This document shows positions 35,713 to 49,394 of a DNA stretch of 64,000 bases, one piece after another. The first letter of the stretch is position 1. Each line of letters starts with the position of its first letter. The notes below the pieces were generated by a model. It ran no database searches. It worked only from the letters and a program-made list of their open reading frames with translations, and was not told the DNA's origin. The stretch comes from Chiloscyllium plagiosum (Eukaryota). The translations under genes and the position numbers were made by a program. The stretch spans positions 2,086,800 to 2,150,799 of the forward strand of contig NC_057749.1 in assembly GCF_004010195.1 (NCBI RefSeq), read 5' to 3'.

Positions 35713-36801
35713 AGGTACAATTGGAAAATTACACAGAGATTCTCATTCACAGAGTTGTGCAGTTAATTTAAAGGGAGAATGTTGAACAAATCCTCACAAA
35801 GAAATAGAGGTGAATTGAGAAATCTTTGGATGTTCCCAGCTGAAATTGAGGGAAAGTAACTGCTTTATCGAATGATGGAGCAGTATTGAAGGGACGAATC
35901 ACTGAGCTCTGCTGCTGTTTGGTCTTTGAGATCCGATTCGATCATGGCCTTCATTCATCCAGAAATCTCATTAGCACCAAATTAAATTGTTTCTCCAAAG
36001 GGTAAAGCCATTTTAAGCAAGGTGGCTCTGTCTGGACATGTGCCAATGGATGCCAATCCAATGGTCGTCTTCAAATCAGTGAATCTATCCTCTTGGCCTC
36101 AAGAAGATATCACATTGATTTTGTTTATGAACCATTTGATCAGGAAATAGTAGATTGCACATGGTAAGAGAATTGTATTTAGTATGATTTCTCCAGTAGA
36201 CAAGGCCATAGAAAATTGGAACAGGAGTAGGCTGTTAAGTTCCTCAAGCCCAGTCTGTCAATCAATAGGATCATGGCAGATCCAGCATTCATCATGTCCA
36301 CTTTCTTGCCCTTCCCTGTCGCCCTTGATTCCCCTATGAAAGAGGCAGGAAGCATGTTGATGAGGACTTAACTTGAGAAAACACTGACCAGAATTACATT
36401 GAGGAGCTGCTTCCAAGCAGTGGAATAAGAATCTGGTTTGAGACAATGCCCAGTGTGTGACTGTAACACAATTCACTCAAAGGGAGACTTTAGTAAGCCT
36501 GAAAACAGCTGATTCACATCACTGGCACCAGATATCAATGTTTTGGTCATCACATTTCAGTATTCGATTGATTGATGCAATTAAAAAGGAATGTAGTGGA
36601 TTTTTGTGAGGGAGCGATGTAAGAAGGTTGTCTAACCCTTGTATTACCCTTCAATTCTCCTCATTTGTTGGGAACTGTAAGCAGTAAGGTGTCATGAGTT
36701 ATAAAATTGTGTGGTTACATTCTGGATTTTTCTTGGTACATATTTTAATTGCAAGATTCCTGTATATACAGGGAAGGGAGTATGGAGTCGTCTACTTAGA
36801 C

Positions 36802-39595
36802 CTGTGAAGTGGAGATTCTGGTATTGGACTGGGGTGGGCAAAATTAAAAATCCCACCAGGTTATAGTCCAATGGGTTTATTTGGAAGGACAAGCTTTCAG
36901 AGTGCTGCTCCTTCGTCCGGTAGCTAGTGGGGCAGGATCATAGGACACAGAATTTATAGTTAAAGATCATAGTGCCATACAACTGATATGATGTATTGAA
37001 CAAAAGCTAGATTGCTGTTAAGTCTTTAATCACTTCGAATGGGGATACAGGTTTTGATTTATTAATATGTAAATCCCAAAACTTCTTTCAAGTCACAGTG
37101 CTGAGATAACATAATGCTGTATAAAAAAAAATTGACATCTCAGTTCGGACTGTGCATTAAAGATATGAAGTTAGAGTCTGTCTATATTCCAACCTTGAGT
37201 CAGACTGGTTCTGTTTCCAAAGTAGGAATTTATGAATTGTCAGATGGACTGACTGCCTGCGGATTGTGTGCATTTTGAACAAAATAGAATGTATCCGTAA
37301 ATGCAGATTCACCCCATAGACCGATATATGGGGGGGGGAAGGGGACCTGCGGTGGGGTAGAGAGAGTCTGTGGGGGTGTATACACATGCGCGTGTGCACA
37401 TGATGGAGTACATGGCCTGAGAGAGAGTGTCTGCCTGAGTGCGAGAGACACAGTGTGTGTATGAAAGAGGGTCTGTCTGATTGTGTGTAAAAGTATGTGT
37501 ACTTGTGTTTGAGTATTTAGTGTTGTGGGGTCACCTGTAGTGTGCCATGAACCTAATATCGCGGTTGACCCATCCTCATGGATACCGAACATAGCTGTCA
37601 GCCTCTACTCAGTGACTCTGAGTTGTTGCGTATCCCAAAGTCTGCCTTGGAGGACGGTCACCTGAAGATCTGAGGCCAAACATCCTTGACCAATGACGTG
37701 TTCCCTGACTGAGAGGAACACCCCGTCTGGTTATGGTTGTGCAGTGTCTGTTCACCTGTTGTTTTAGTGTCTGCTTGGTTTCACCAATATATTATGCCTT
37801 GGGCATCCTTACTGCAGCATATGAGACAAATAAGGTTGGCTGATTCACATGAGTACCCACCGAGCACGTGGTGGGTGGTGTCCCCATATGTAATGATGGT
37901 ATCCAAGTCGACACTCTGACACGTCTTGCAGTGGTTGCCATGACAGGGTTGTACGGTGTTGTGCTGAAACTTTATTGCTGGAACAGCACAGCAGGTCAGG
38001 CAGCATCTAGGGAACAGAAGATTCGACGTTTCGGGCACATGTACGGTGTTGTGGTCGATTTTGTCCTGAACGCTGGGTAGTTTGCTGCAAACAATGGTCT
38101 GTTTAAGGTTTGGCAGCTTAAATGCAAGAAGTGGAGGTGTAAGGAAGATACTGGTGAGGTACAGGCTGTGAAGAACATGCCGTAGTTTAGAGGCATAGAG
38201 ATGTACAGCATGGAAAAGAACCCTTCGGTCCAACTCATCCATGCCAACCAGATATCCTAAACTAATCTAGTTCCATTTGCCAGCACTTGGCCCAAATTCC
38301 TCTAAACCCTTCCCATTCATATACCCATCCAGATGCCTTTTCAATGCTGTAATTGTACCAGTCTCCTCCATTTCCTGTGGCAGCTCATTCCATACACGCA
38401 CCACCCTTTGCATGAAAAGGTTGCCCCTTAGGTCCCTTCTATAACTTTCCCCTATCACCCTAAACTTATGTCCTCTATTCTGGACTCTCCCACCCCAGGG
38501 AAATGACCATTCTACCCTATCCATGCCCATCATTTTATGAACCTCTATAAGGTCACCCTTCAGCCTTTGACGCTCCAGGGAAAACAGCCCCAGCCTATTC
38601 AGCCTCTTCCTGTAGCTCAATTCCTCCAACCCTGGCAACAAAGTTTCTCACTCCTGGAAAGTACTGGACAACGAAGGGTATCACATTGGTTGTATCTTGT
38701 GCCTGTTTTCTGAGGTGGTGGTTACGGTTACTCGCTGTGGCATGTCGGAACTGGCAATCGATGAGTTGAGCATCCTCTCCTGTTCTTATGAATGCATCCT
38801 TCAGAACCTTAAGGTGTCTTTCACCTTCCTCCTCATCTGAACAGATCCTGTGTATGCGTTGGACTTGTCTGTAGGGGATGGCTGTTTTAATATGTTGGGT
38901 TGGAAGCTTGAGAAGTGTAGCATCGTGAGATTATCCATGTGCATGCGGTAGCGTGAAGTACTGAGGTGCCTGTCCTTGATGGAGATGCTTGTGTCTCAGA
39001 ATAAAGAATAGTCCATGGTAAGTCTGATGGTGGGATGAAACTAGTTGATATTGCTGTAGTTGTTTCAGTGACTCCTGGCTGGGGTCCAGAGGAAGACAAT
39101 ATTGTCAGTGTTACTGGTGTATAGTGTTGGTCAGAGGTCCTGTGCAGCAAAAAGAAGTCTTGTTTGACAGGAAATGACATCAGCACAAATCCCAGGAACC
39201 CCATGCAGGACAAACATATAAATAGAAAGCAGGAGACAACAGCTTTGCTTCACTTGGAGGTCGCCATTGATGATGTTACCTAGCCAGGTAATGAAACGTC
39301 TGGATATCAAACCTACAGCTCAGCGAGCAAACCTACACCCTAAGTCTTGTTAGAACTCGTGCATGAAAATGTTGGCACATTGGGGTGCAAACCTGGTCCC
39401 TGTGGCTGTTCCACGTGTCTGGATGAAGAAATGGTTGTCGAAGGTGAAGACAATGTGGTCGAGGATGAAGCGCATGAGTTGGAGGATGGTGCTTGGAGAT
39501 TAGCAGTTGTTGGTATTGAGGGCTGAGGCTGTTGCAGTGATGCCTTCGTGGTGGGGAGATGCTGGTGTAGAGTACCGCAACATCCATTGTGGCAA
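36802..39595 (-). mobile_element. second-family Penelope-like element with nested insertions (pLTR 37964-38039, CR1 ~38193-38640, pLTR 39165-39341)
   Basis: MDV..LYTSI, Q..GTA.GT..APQ.ANIFM RT remnants; ANL..LI.C..Y.GET GIY-YIG remnant; TSDs tgtacggtgttgtg and aagtcttgtt flank two nested inserts. Confidence 0.82.
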
Positions 39596-39973
39596 GTGAT
39601 TGCTCTGTTGTTGGAAATGGTTACTATTGAGATCGGTTGAGAATGAGGATCAGCTCTGATTGTATTGACTGGTTGACCAAGCTTGATGAGCACAGTAGTC
39701 TGCTCGGCCCATTTCACATGTTCGTGTGTTACTCTATTTGTATAATCTGAGACAAATCAGCTAACGAAGTTTTGGGTACAGTGGCTGATGAGCGGGCATA
39801 TCGTTAAGCTAGGGGTGAAGTGGCGGCATGGAATCTGTGTGTGATGGTCAGTCCCCAGTCTGACCTCACTGGGACTTTCCTGGGGACTTCTGTAGATCCA
39901 GTCTTCAGGTCTGAAAGCCCTGCTTCACGATGTTAAAGTGGTTCAATTGGTAATGTGATCATTATCTATCTTA

Positions 39974-40054
39974 GCTGGAAATGTGTTGCTGGAAAAGCAA
40001 CATTTCCAGCTCTGATCTCCAGCATCTGCAGACCTCACTTTCTCCTCAAAGATT
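39974..40054. mobile_element. tiny Penelope pLTR hairpin insertion with 13-bp TSD
   Basis: attatctatctta at 39961-39973 and 40055-40067; gctggaaatg..catttccagc hairpin. Confidence 0.7.
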
Positions 40055-40679
40055 ATTATCTATCTTAAGCTATCTTGGCTCAATCCATTGCAAACTCACT
40101 TAAGGCCATAAGAGAATTGTGCAGTTTTGGCCGGATTGGCTGTACTAAATTACAATTTAGTACAGTTAGGTTAGGTTGGTTGGCCTTGGAAAATCCAGGG
40201 TGACGGGGGTAGGGTGAGATGTTCTTCAGAGAGTTGATGTGGACCTGTTGGTCTGTCACATTGTGGAGATTCTAGGGAAGAAAAGAGAAACAGGAGTCGG
40301 CCGTTTGGCCCCTCAAGTCTGCTCTGCCATTCATTAACATCATGACAGATCTGATGTAGCTCGTGTCCCATTTCCTTGTCCTTTCCCTGCAACCCTTTTT
40401 TATTTACTCTGCAATCTGTCTATCTCAATCTTAAATGTAGTCAAAGATTCTGCCCCCACAGCATTCTGTGGCAAAACTTCCAAGTAATCCTTTAAAAGAA
40501 GAAATTCCTCCTCCGCTCAATCATCAATTGGCCCTCCTCCCCTCAACATGTCCCTGGTCAGGCCCCTTCATATTTCTATATTAATTAATAGGTTTATCAT
40601 TCATTATTCTAAACTCCACCATCCCAGAGTGTGGGGAAAGGTGACAGACAAGCCATCCCCCCTCCCCCAATCCAAAGTT

Positions 40680-41050
40680 TCCAGTGAAGCACTGGTGGTA
40701 TGTCCCGCCTCTCTATTTATAGGTCTGGGTTTCTTTAAGGTGGGTGATGTCATTTCTGGTTTTGTTTCAAGGGAAGGTAGGTAGGATCTAAATCAATGTG
40801 TTTATTGATGGAGTTCTAGTTAGAATGCCATGCCTCTAAGAATTCTCATGCGTGGCTTTGTTTCGCCTGTCCCAGTCAAAGTGGTGGTGTTCTTTGTCTG
40901 TATAGAAACGAATGATAATGGGTCGTGTCTTTTGGAGGCTAGTTGGTGTTCCAGTATCCTGGTGGCATGTTTGTCAAATGTAGTGTTTTATTTTAAGTTC
41001 TTGCATGGTATTTTTAAATGACACTAGTTTTGCTGGTAGTATCTATTGGA
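40680..41050 (-). mobile_element. third-family Penelope-like 3' fragment
   Basis: Minus-strand EHQLASKRHDPLS..REFLEAWHS..SINKHIDL, typical of the end of a Penelope GIY-YIG domain; shares 'cagaaatgacatcacc' with the 39165 insert. Confidence 0.65.
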
Positions 41051-41899
41051 TCCTATAAGTTCATCATAATAACTTACTATCATTGAATTAAATTAGATAG
41101 TATAATAGTTTAATGTTACTTTATCTTAAACTCTCATAAGTAGTGAATTATGGTCACACCATTTCCATGTCTTAATGATATACTTCTGACTTGAGCCCTA
41201 ATTTCAACTCTGACACAAGTAGGTTCTGATTGGGCCATTGATGTGTTCTGGATCTCATACTGGAGTAAGTTAGTTGCTGATTTTGTTTTTTGGTAAGGAT
41301 GAGAATTTATTACAGAACGTGCTTTGATCTTTTCTCCCAGGCAGTGCAGTTGATAACATCATTAGCTTTTATTTGTAAGACATTTGAGAGAATTTATGTG
41401 GTGGTCATAATTGGCAGGGTACGGTTCTAGTTTGTGGTTGCGCCACCATGTTTTTACTAATATATGAATGCGTTCAAAGTAAAGACAAATGTTTGAGTGT
41501 AAAATGGCATCTGTTGAATCGTTATTGCCCACAGTTCTGACAGCTTTGAGTTAAATGGGCATTGACTGAGGAGTACATGTTGATACTTGTTCTACTCTTT
41601 GTTTGGTCACCTGCCTCGGTCTTTTGTGTATCGGCAAAAATAAGCCACTGGCCACCTCCGTCTGGACTGATCTTCTGGTCCCGAGCAGCTTCTGTTCAAT
41701 TCGCTGTTGTCAGCATGGAAAAGATACTGGATGCACATGCTGAGACAGTCTTGTTTCAGCAGATTATCACACATCCCCACCATATTTCAGCCTCTCCAAT
41801 GAGCATCATAACTCAGTGCAATCCTCTTGCTTTTTGCCAATGCCATTGCATATTGCTTTTATCTGTTCACGTTAACCGATTTCCTTTTTCTCTTCCCAG

Positions 41900-41927
41900 A
41901 TTTTTGATCTAATTTAAGTATACAATG
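41900..41927 (+). CDS. PSMA4: PSMA4 exon ending in the start codon (ATG 41925-41927)
   Basis: Long pyrimidine tract and cccag| acceptor; ...tacaATG|gtgagt; the next exon begins SRRYDSRTT with no Met. Confidence 0.85.
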
Positions 41928-42755
41928 GTGAGTGACTGCGATTTAATTGTATAGAAACTTAAAATTGAGTTTAACAACGGGAATGTTAACTACGTTAAAA
42001 CTAGCTCATTTTCAAAGTTCTGTCAGGGCAGAGACAGCCATTGTTGCCCCTTCCTAATTGTCCTTGATTTGAGTGCCTTGCAAGGGCACTTGCATTGCTG
42101 TGGCTATGGGGTCACATGCAGGCCAGAATAGTTAAGGATGGCAGATCTCTTCCCCAAAGCAACATTAATAAACTAGATTGATTTTAACAACAGTTGATTG
42201 GGGAAAATCTTTAAGACCAGGTTTCAGTTTAAATGCCACCAATTGCTGTGGTAGGAATTGTAGTCGGTCCCAAGAGATGGACCCCTGGATTCTCAGGCCC
42301 GTGACATTACCACTACAACACCCATCTTCCCAACGAAGTCAAACTAATTAAAGAGGGAACTGAGGTACAGTGGGTGAAGTAGCTTAAAACTTTAAATAAA
42401 ACTATAAATACAGCAATTGTTATATATTCCAGGCATCAGAAGCTGTAGAATTGCTTGTAATGAGCAATTGTAATATTAAACCAATCACTGCTCTGCTTTG
42501 GCTGTCATTCTCCACATAACAAGCTGCTTATCTCCATCATGCTGATGTAATCATCTCTAGAGTTTGAGTTTTCCCTATGGTGACAGAAAGTGAATATATG
42601 TCAACTGAATGTGATTTAAGAACAGCTGCTTCCATGTATGGAAATCTCAGAAATGGAGAAAAGTGGTTGCAGGAGAGACACAAGCTGTGATCTTGTTTAA
42701 AAGTATTATAACATGTGATACTTAGCACTAATTTTTAGTTTGTTTGCCTTTGCAG

Positions 42756-42798
42756 TCTCGAAGGTATGACTCCCGAACAACCATATTCTCGCCCGAAG
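42756..42798 (+). CDS. PSMA4: PSMA4 exon SRRYDSRTTIFSPE
   Basis: ttgcag| ... G|gtgagc; proteasome alpha N-terminal signature. Confidence 0.97.
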
Positions 42799-42880
42799 GT
42801 GAGCTTTTCTGAGTGATGGCCTTCTATAAAATGGAAGGTCAGACTAGTTTAATGGTCTGTAATGTGTCATTGCTCTTTGA

Positions 42881-43093
<213 letters not shown>

Positions 43094-44213
43094 TAAACTC
43101 GGATACATAACAAATCCATCGGCTTGCATTGGCCATCTCAATTTAAATTGATGGCGTAGCGTTTGCTTTAGATAAACGTACCTTGGTTTTAGAAGACTAA
43201 GTAGTGAAGTGATCAAGGTGCTTTAGATGTTAAAAGAGTTTTGTTAAGGAGAAAGTATTTTCTGTGCAGGTGGCCCATACTTTGTGTATTTCAGGATGGG
43301 TATTGGGAAGAAAATGGGAAACAAAACCAAGAAGTGTTTTAAGGAAGCTCAGCAGGATAGATCGATTTTGTGTAGAGAAAGTGTGTTCAGGTCTGTGAAC
43401 TGGGAAAAGTGAGAGATGTCTCACCTTGGCTCAAAACCTGTCACATTTCTAATGTTTCCCACTTCTGATGAAAGAGCACAGACGTGAGCCTTTAATTCTC
43501 TTGTTTACACAGACGTAACAATAATTTGCTGAGTTTTTCCCCTCCATTTTCTGATTTTGCTTCAGATTTCCAGCATCCGCTCTATTCTGCTTTCTAGCTT
43601 TTCCTTTAGACAGGAAATGGTTTTGAGGCGCAGTTTGAATTAAATCACAGAGGAACTGAATGCCTCCTCTTCCTGCGTTCTATGCAACAAGCAGCCACAG
43701 AGGGCAGTAGTTGTCTGTAGTTAGAGCCTGTTGTTGTTATGCAATTGCACAAAGCATTTTTAAGAGGGATTCGCATATCTCTTGTCCTGTTTTGTTTAAT
43801 TAAATAATCAATTAATTTAAGTAATTGACAGTTGATCTTAGTAGATAACCATTAGGGGTGGAAGTTTCTCTGGGGCCAGTTCATTCAATTGGCTGGACAA
43901 CTGATTTGCGACACAGGGTGACAACAGCATGAATTTAATTCCTGCACCGGCCAAGGTTACCTTGAAGGACCTTCCTTCTCAACCTCCCCCTTCTCTGAGG
44001 CGTGCTGACGCTCACGTTAAACACCACCTTTTCTAATGAGAGACCAATCCCCAGGTCTGATCATACTATGGCTATTTTACATTTAGAGTTTTCTATATTG
44101 TACTTTTAATACTGCCAATTATACTTTTATATTTTCGCATCTACTTGTCTGTTAAGAAATAAAGCTTGAGTATAAACCAAAATGACCATTTTATATAAAA
44201 TTTTGTCTCCCAG

Positions 44214-44291
44214 TGACATGGCTTGTAGCGTTGCAGGGATAACGTCTGATGCCAATGTCCTTACAAATGAGCTGCGGTTAATTGCCCAGAG
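44214..44291 (+). CDS. PSMA4: PSMA4 exon [25 protein letters not shown]
   Basis: cccag| ... AG|gtaaga, phase compatible. Confidence 0.97.
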
Positions 44292-46499
44292 GTAAGATTA
44301 ACTGTTTGTTTTGAATGAAATAGTCTTCCAATTCAATTGTAATTTCTTCTCCAGTTCATTTTACAACATTAAAATTGTCTGAATGTCAAACATTGCCCTG
44401 TCGTTTTTGTAGCAGATGTTTGGCTGCACATGTTACCTCTACCAAGTAAAAATACGCCAGCACTGTCTGAGTTGAAGCATCTGCAATCCCACATTTCTTT
44501 TCAGGTGCCCATCAGTACTTCTCCATTTGTGTTGGTGCTGGACATCCTGTACTAAATATTAACAATTACAGCATGAGATCCATTTAGCGTAGAGTAGCTA
44601 TTTGAGCATAACAGTATACTGTAACATTAACTCCCCCAGAACACCCAAGCTGCCACAATGTTTACAACCATCTTTTCTATCCTTTAAGGCTACCAGAAAA
44701 GTCATGAGTCAGTGTGTAGCACTTCTGCTTTGAGGCAGTGTGCAATGGTTGCAGTAGCAGATCACATTGCACCATGTTGCTTTGTGCAAGTCCCACACCA
44801 TCCTGGCAGAATTCTTGCATTGCAAAAGGAGATTGCTCAGCCCATCATCTCTGTACCAGTTTTCCAAATGAATATTCTCTTAGTGTCACCTCACTGTCAC
44901 TTTGTATATTGGCTTGATTGATTTTCTTTCATTCATTCATACAATGTGTGTTTTGCTGCTAAGGCCAGCATTTGTTAGAGGCATTTAGACACAACAATAG
45001 GCAGGGGATAGAGGGATATGGACCATGTGCAGTGTTGGAGAATTATCCAATTTCAAATAAAGCTCATATGCAGACCTTGTGAAATTGACACTCTTGTTTA
45101 TTAGGTCAATGATCGCTCAGGTACAGAATGGCTGCTCCGCCCTGATAAGTTGAAACTTCTTCCTTCAGTTACAAGCGTATGCAGTTTATAAAGGGTTACA
45201 ACTGGTTGATAGTTGATTACAGAACAATACAGGCCTAACTATGATAGGTAGATTTAACAATATTAAAAGGGGTAACAGTACAACTGGTCTGACTGCCTTG
45301 ATTAGTTCAACAGTTATTTGCATCCTGTGCATCATGGCTCAGGTCTGTGGTCATCAATAATAAATAATTTGGAGACATCTTGTCTGTGGGGGCATTGCTG
45401 TAGCTAGGGTTCCCCAAAGAGAGAAAAAGCCCTCGGGGCTCCTGCCAATGGGCGTGTGGAAATGAAGTGTCATTGTCAGTGAGAGAATCCATTAGCATGC
45501 TGTTTAGTTAATGCGTTTCCTCCGAGTAGGAAATGGCTTGTTCACAGCCAATTCCAGTGTATAGCTTGAGTCATCACTGGTGTTGTGGGAATGTCCCTTC
45601 TTAGCCAGGGAAAATGGATTCTGAAATCAAAATGGCTTCTGGAGGCCTGTTCCTATGCTGTACTGTTCTGCATCCTATACAACAGAGTGATTTGCTAGGT
45701 CATGTTAGAGGGAAGTCAGAATCACTTGCCAAGCTTGCATTTATTGCCTTTCCTAATTGCCCAGGGAAGGCAATAAGTGCAGGTTTGGCAAGTGATGCCC
45801 TCATCCCATGAATGAATTAAAAAAAACCTCCAAACCCACAGCAGTTAAGAGTCAACCACATTACTGTGGGCCTGAAGTCACATGTAGGCCAGACCGGGTA
45901 AGGGTGGCAGTTTCCTTCCCTGAAGGACTTTAGTGAACCAAATGGGTTTTCTGACAATGGATTCACAGTTATCATTAGACTCTTTCTTCCAGATTTTACT
46001 GAGTTCAGATTCCACCATCTGCCATGGCAGGATTCAAACCTGGTTCCCCAGATCATTACTTGGGTCTCTGGATTAACAACTGAGCGATAATACCACTCGG
46101 CCATTGCCACCCTAGAGGTGCACACAAACTAGACTGAGCATGGACAACAGGCCTCCTTCCCCAAAGAACAATGTATAACCAAATAATCTTATAGTTTTGT
46201 GGTCGTCATTGGTGAGACTAGCTTTTTATTTCAGATTTATTAAAGGAGCTGAACTTAATTTCCCCAGCTTCCATGATCGGATTTCACCTCATGTCCCTAG
46301 ATTCAGTCCAGGCCTTGAGATTAGTAATCCAGTAATGTCACCTCTATTTCACCTGACTTGGACTTAAAAATATATTATCATCGGTTTATTGTGGTTGTGT
46401 TAAAGTCTTGAAACTCCCTCCCAAACACTGAGGCCACATTCAAGAAGTTGGCACAGCACTGCCTTCTCAAGAATGATTCATGATGAGCACGAAATGAGA

Positions 46500-47740
46500 A
46501 AAGCAAAGATTGATTAGGGATAGTCAACATGGCTTTGTGCGTGAGAAATGATGCCTCACTAACTTGATTGAGTTTTTTGAAGAAGTAATGAAAAGGATTG
46601 ATGAGGGCAGAGCGGTGGACGTGATCTATATGAACTTCAGTTAGGCGTTCAGCAAGGTTTCTCAGGGTAGACTGGTTAGCAAGGTTAGATCTCATGGAAG
46701 ACAGAGGTGGAAGATTGCCTTTCAGACTGGAGGCCTGTGACCAGTGGTGTGCCACAAGAATCAGTGCTGGGTCCACTGTGTTTCATCATTTATATAAATG
46801 ATGTAAACTGAGGAAGCATAGTTAGTAAGTTTGCAGATGACACCAAAATTGGTGGTGTAGTGGATATCAAGGAAGGTTACCTCAGAGTGCAACAGGATCT
46901 TGATCAGATTGGTAAGGAATGGCAAATAGAGTTTAATTTAGATAAATGTGAGGTACTGCATTTTGAAAGTCAAATCAGAGCAGGACTCATACACTTAATG
47001 GTAAGGTCCTAGGGAGTGTTGCTGAACAAAAAGACCTTGGAGTGCAGGTTCATGGTTTCTTGAAAGTGGAGTCGCAGGTAGATAGGATAGTGAAGAAGGT
47101 ATTTGGTATGCTTTCCTTTGTTGGTCAGTCCGCAGAGTATAGGAGTTGGGAGGTCATGTTGCGGCTGTACAGGACATTGGTTAGGCCACTTTTGGAATAC
47201 TGTGTGCAGCTCTGGTCTCACTGTTAATGGAAGGATGTTGTGAAACTTGAAAAGGTTCAGAAAAGATTTACACGGATGTTGCCAGGGTTGTGGAGGGTTT
47301 GCGCTATAGGGAGAGGCTGAATAAGCTGGGGCTGTTTTCCCCGGAGCGTCAGAGGCTGAGGGATGATCTTATAGATGTTTATAAAATCATGAGAGGCATG
47401 GATAGGGTAAATGGACAAGATCTTTTCTCTGGGGTGGGGGAGTCCAGAACTAGAGGGCATAGATTTAGGGTGAGAGGGGAATAATTTAAAAGGGACCTAA
47501 GGGGCAACTTTTGCACACAGAGGGTGGTGTGTGTGTATGGAATGAGCTCCCTGAGGAAGTGGTGGAGGCTGGTACAATTGCAACATTTAAAAGGCATCTG
47601 GATGGGTATATGAATAGGAAGGGTTTAGAGGGTGAGCCAGGTGCTGGCAAATGGGACTAGATTCGACTGGGATATCTGGTGGATATGGATGAGTTGGACC
47701 AAAGGATCTGTTTCTGTGCTGTACGTCTCAATGATTCAAA
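46500..47740 (+). mobile_element. CR1 LINE RT 3' part
   Basis: QHGF..CLTNL.EFFEE, FADDTKIGG and LERVQKRF motifs. Confidence 0.9.
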
Positions 47741-48051
47741 TGATGCTCACACCTTTGAAAATGAATAAACAAGTAAACGCTGGCTGCCAGTGTGATGGAG
47801 AAAGCAAACAACTGGTTTCAGTATCCCTGGGTTGTAAACGCAGCACCATGACCCTGTGGTTTTACAGTTTCACATCGAGTGCTCTTCCCTTTAAATAAAT
47901 AAGCTCTCAATTATCAAAATTTAAGTACACTGGGGAGTTATCGACTACTTTCTCTGTCAGAATGCTCTTTATGTATTATTTAAGTCATTAAAAAACAGAA
48001 ATCTTCCTGCAGTTTCCACAATATGATAATAATTTTGTTATGCACTCACAG

Positions 48052-48140
48052 GTATCTACTTCAGTACCAGGAACCAATCCCCTGTGAGCAGCTGGTGACA
48101 ACACTCTGTGATATCAAACAGGCCTACACACAGTTTGGAG
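48052..48140 (+). CDS. PSMA4: PSMA4 exon [29 protein letters not shown]
   Basis: cacag| ... G|gtaagc, phase compatible. Confidence 0.97.
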
Positions 48141-48424
48141 GTAAGCAGGAGTAAAACATGTCGAAAACAAAAAATGCAAATGTGCAACCATTAACTTTAA
48201 ACTTCGTGAAGAATCTATATTGTAGAATTATTGATTTCCAGATGAGTAAGTTCTGTTTTTACAATGCTTTTATGTCATTTACAGCTAGGTATGTCTACAG
48301 TGTTCATCTTCTGCCTTTGAATTTGAGATGTCAGGTTTACAACAGCATTTCCTTACTTTGGATAAAATTTGCTTGATCAGGGTTCTTTTTAATTGCGCCA
48401 ATTAATGGCAAAGACAGACTGAAT

Positions 48425-49160
48425 TGGACCGACTCATTGATGGGGAGATAAATGGGAGGGATGTGGGGCTGGGGAGAAGATAGCCAAGAGTACAATTGCT
48501 GGATGGAGGTGGGGATGAAGGTGATAGCTCAGAGAGGAGGTTGGAGCGGATAGTTGGGAATGAGGAAAATGGTGAAGTCCACATTGATGCCCTGGGGTTG
48601 AAGCGTTCTGGTGCGGAAGGTGAGGCGTTCTTCCTCCAGGTGTCAGGTGGTGAGGGAGTGGCGATGGAGGAGGCCCAGGACCTGCATGTCCTCGGCAGAG
48701 TGAGAGGGGGGAGTTGAAATGTTGGGCCATGGGATTGATTGGTGCGGGTGTCCCGGAGGTGTTCCCTGAAGCGCACTGCGAGGAGGCGTCCAGTCTCCCC
48801 AATGTAGAGGACACTGCATTGGGAGCAACGGATACAATAAATGACATTGGTGGATGTGCAGGTGAAACTTTAATGGATGTGGAAGGCTCCTTTGGGGCTT
48901 TGGATGGAGGTGTGGGTGCAGGTTCTGTAATTCCTGCGGTGGCAGGGGAGGGTGGGTTGTTGGGGGGGGGGCGTGGACCTGACCAGGTAGTCACGGAGGG
49001 AACGGTCTTTGTGGAAAGGGGTGGGGAGGGAAATATATCCCTACTAGTGGGGCTCATTCCTGAAATGTCGATTCTCCTGCTCCTCGGATACTGCCTGACC
49101 TGCTGTGCTTTTCGAACACCACTCTATTCTGATTTCCAGCATCTCCAGTCCTCACTTTTA
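48425..49160 (-). mobile_element. Penelope-like GIY-YIG 3' fragment with inverted pLTR (~49050-49160, +)
   Basis: NVIYCIRCSQC..LYIGETGR....RFREHLRDTR. Confidence 0.85.
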
Positions 49161-49222
49161 CCATTGATGCTCAGTTATGCCATTTTTTTCCCTGATTCAA
49201 AGGCTGGGGATTCAATTTCCAT

Positions 49223-49391
49223 GGGTGGCATGGTGGCCCAGTGGTTAGCAGTTAGGCATCGCAGGACCAGAGACCCAGGTTCGATTCACCCTTGGGCAAC
49301 AGTCTGTGTGGAGTTTGCACACGTTCCTATTTCTGTGTGGATTTCCTTTGGGTGCTCTGGTTTCCTCCACAGTCCAAAGATATGCAGGCTT
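49223..49391 (+). mobile_element. HE1/V-SINE-type SINE, 3'-truncated
   Basis: Head and V-domain present. Confidence 0.75.
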
Positions 49392-49394
49392 GAG

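Noticed and set aside
36355-36390. C/D box snoRNA (tgatga...ctga) in a PSMA4 intron
   Set aside because: Boxes only ~30 nt apart and no terminal stem
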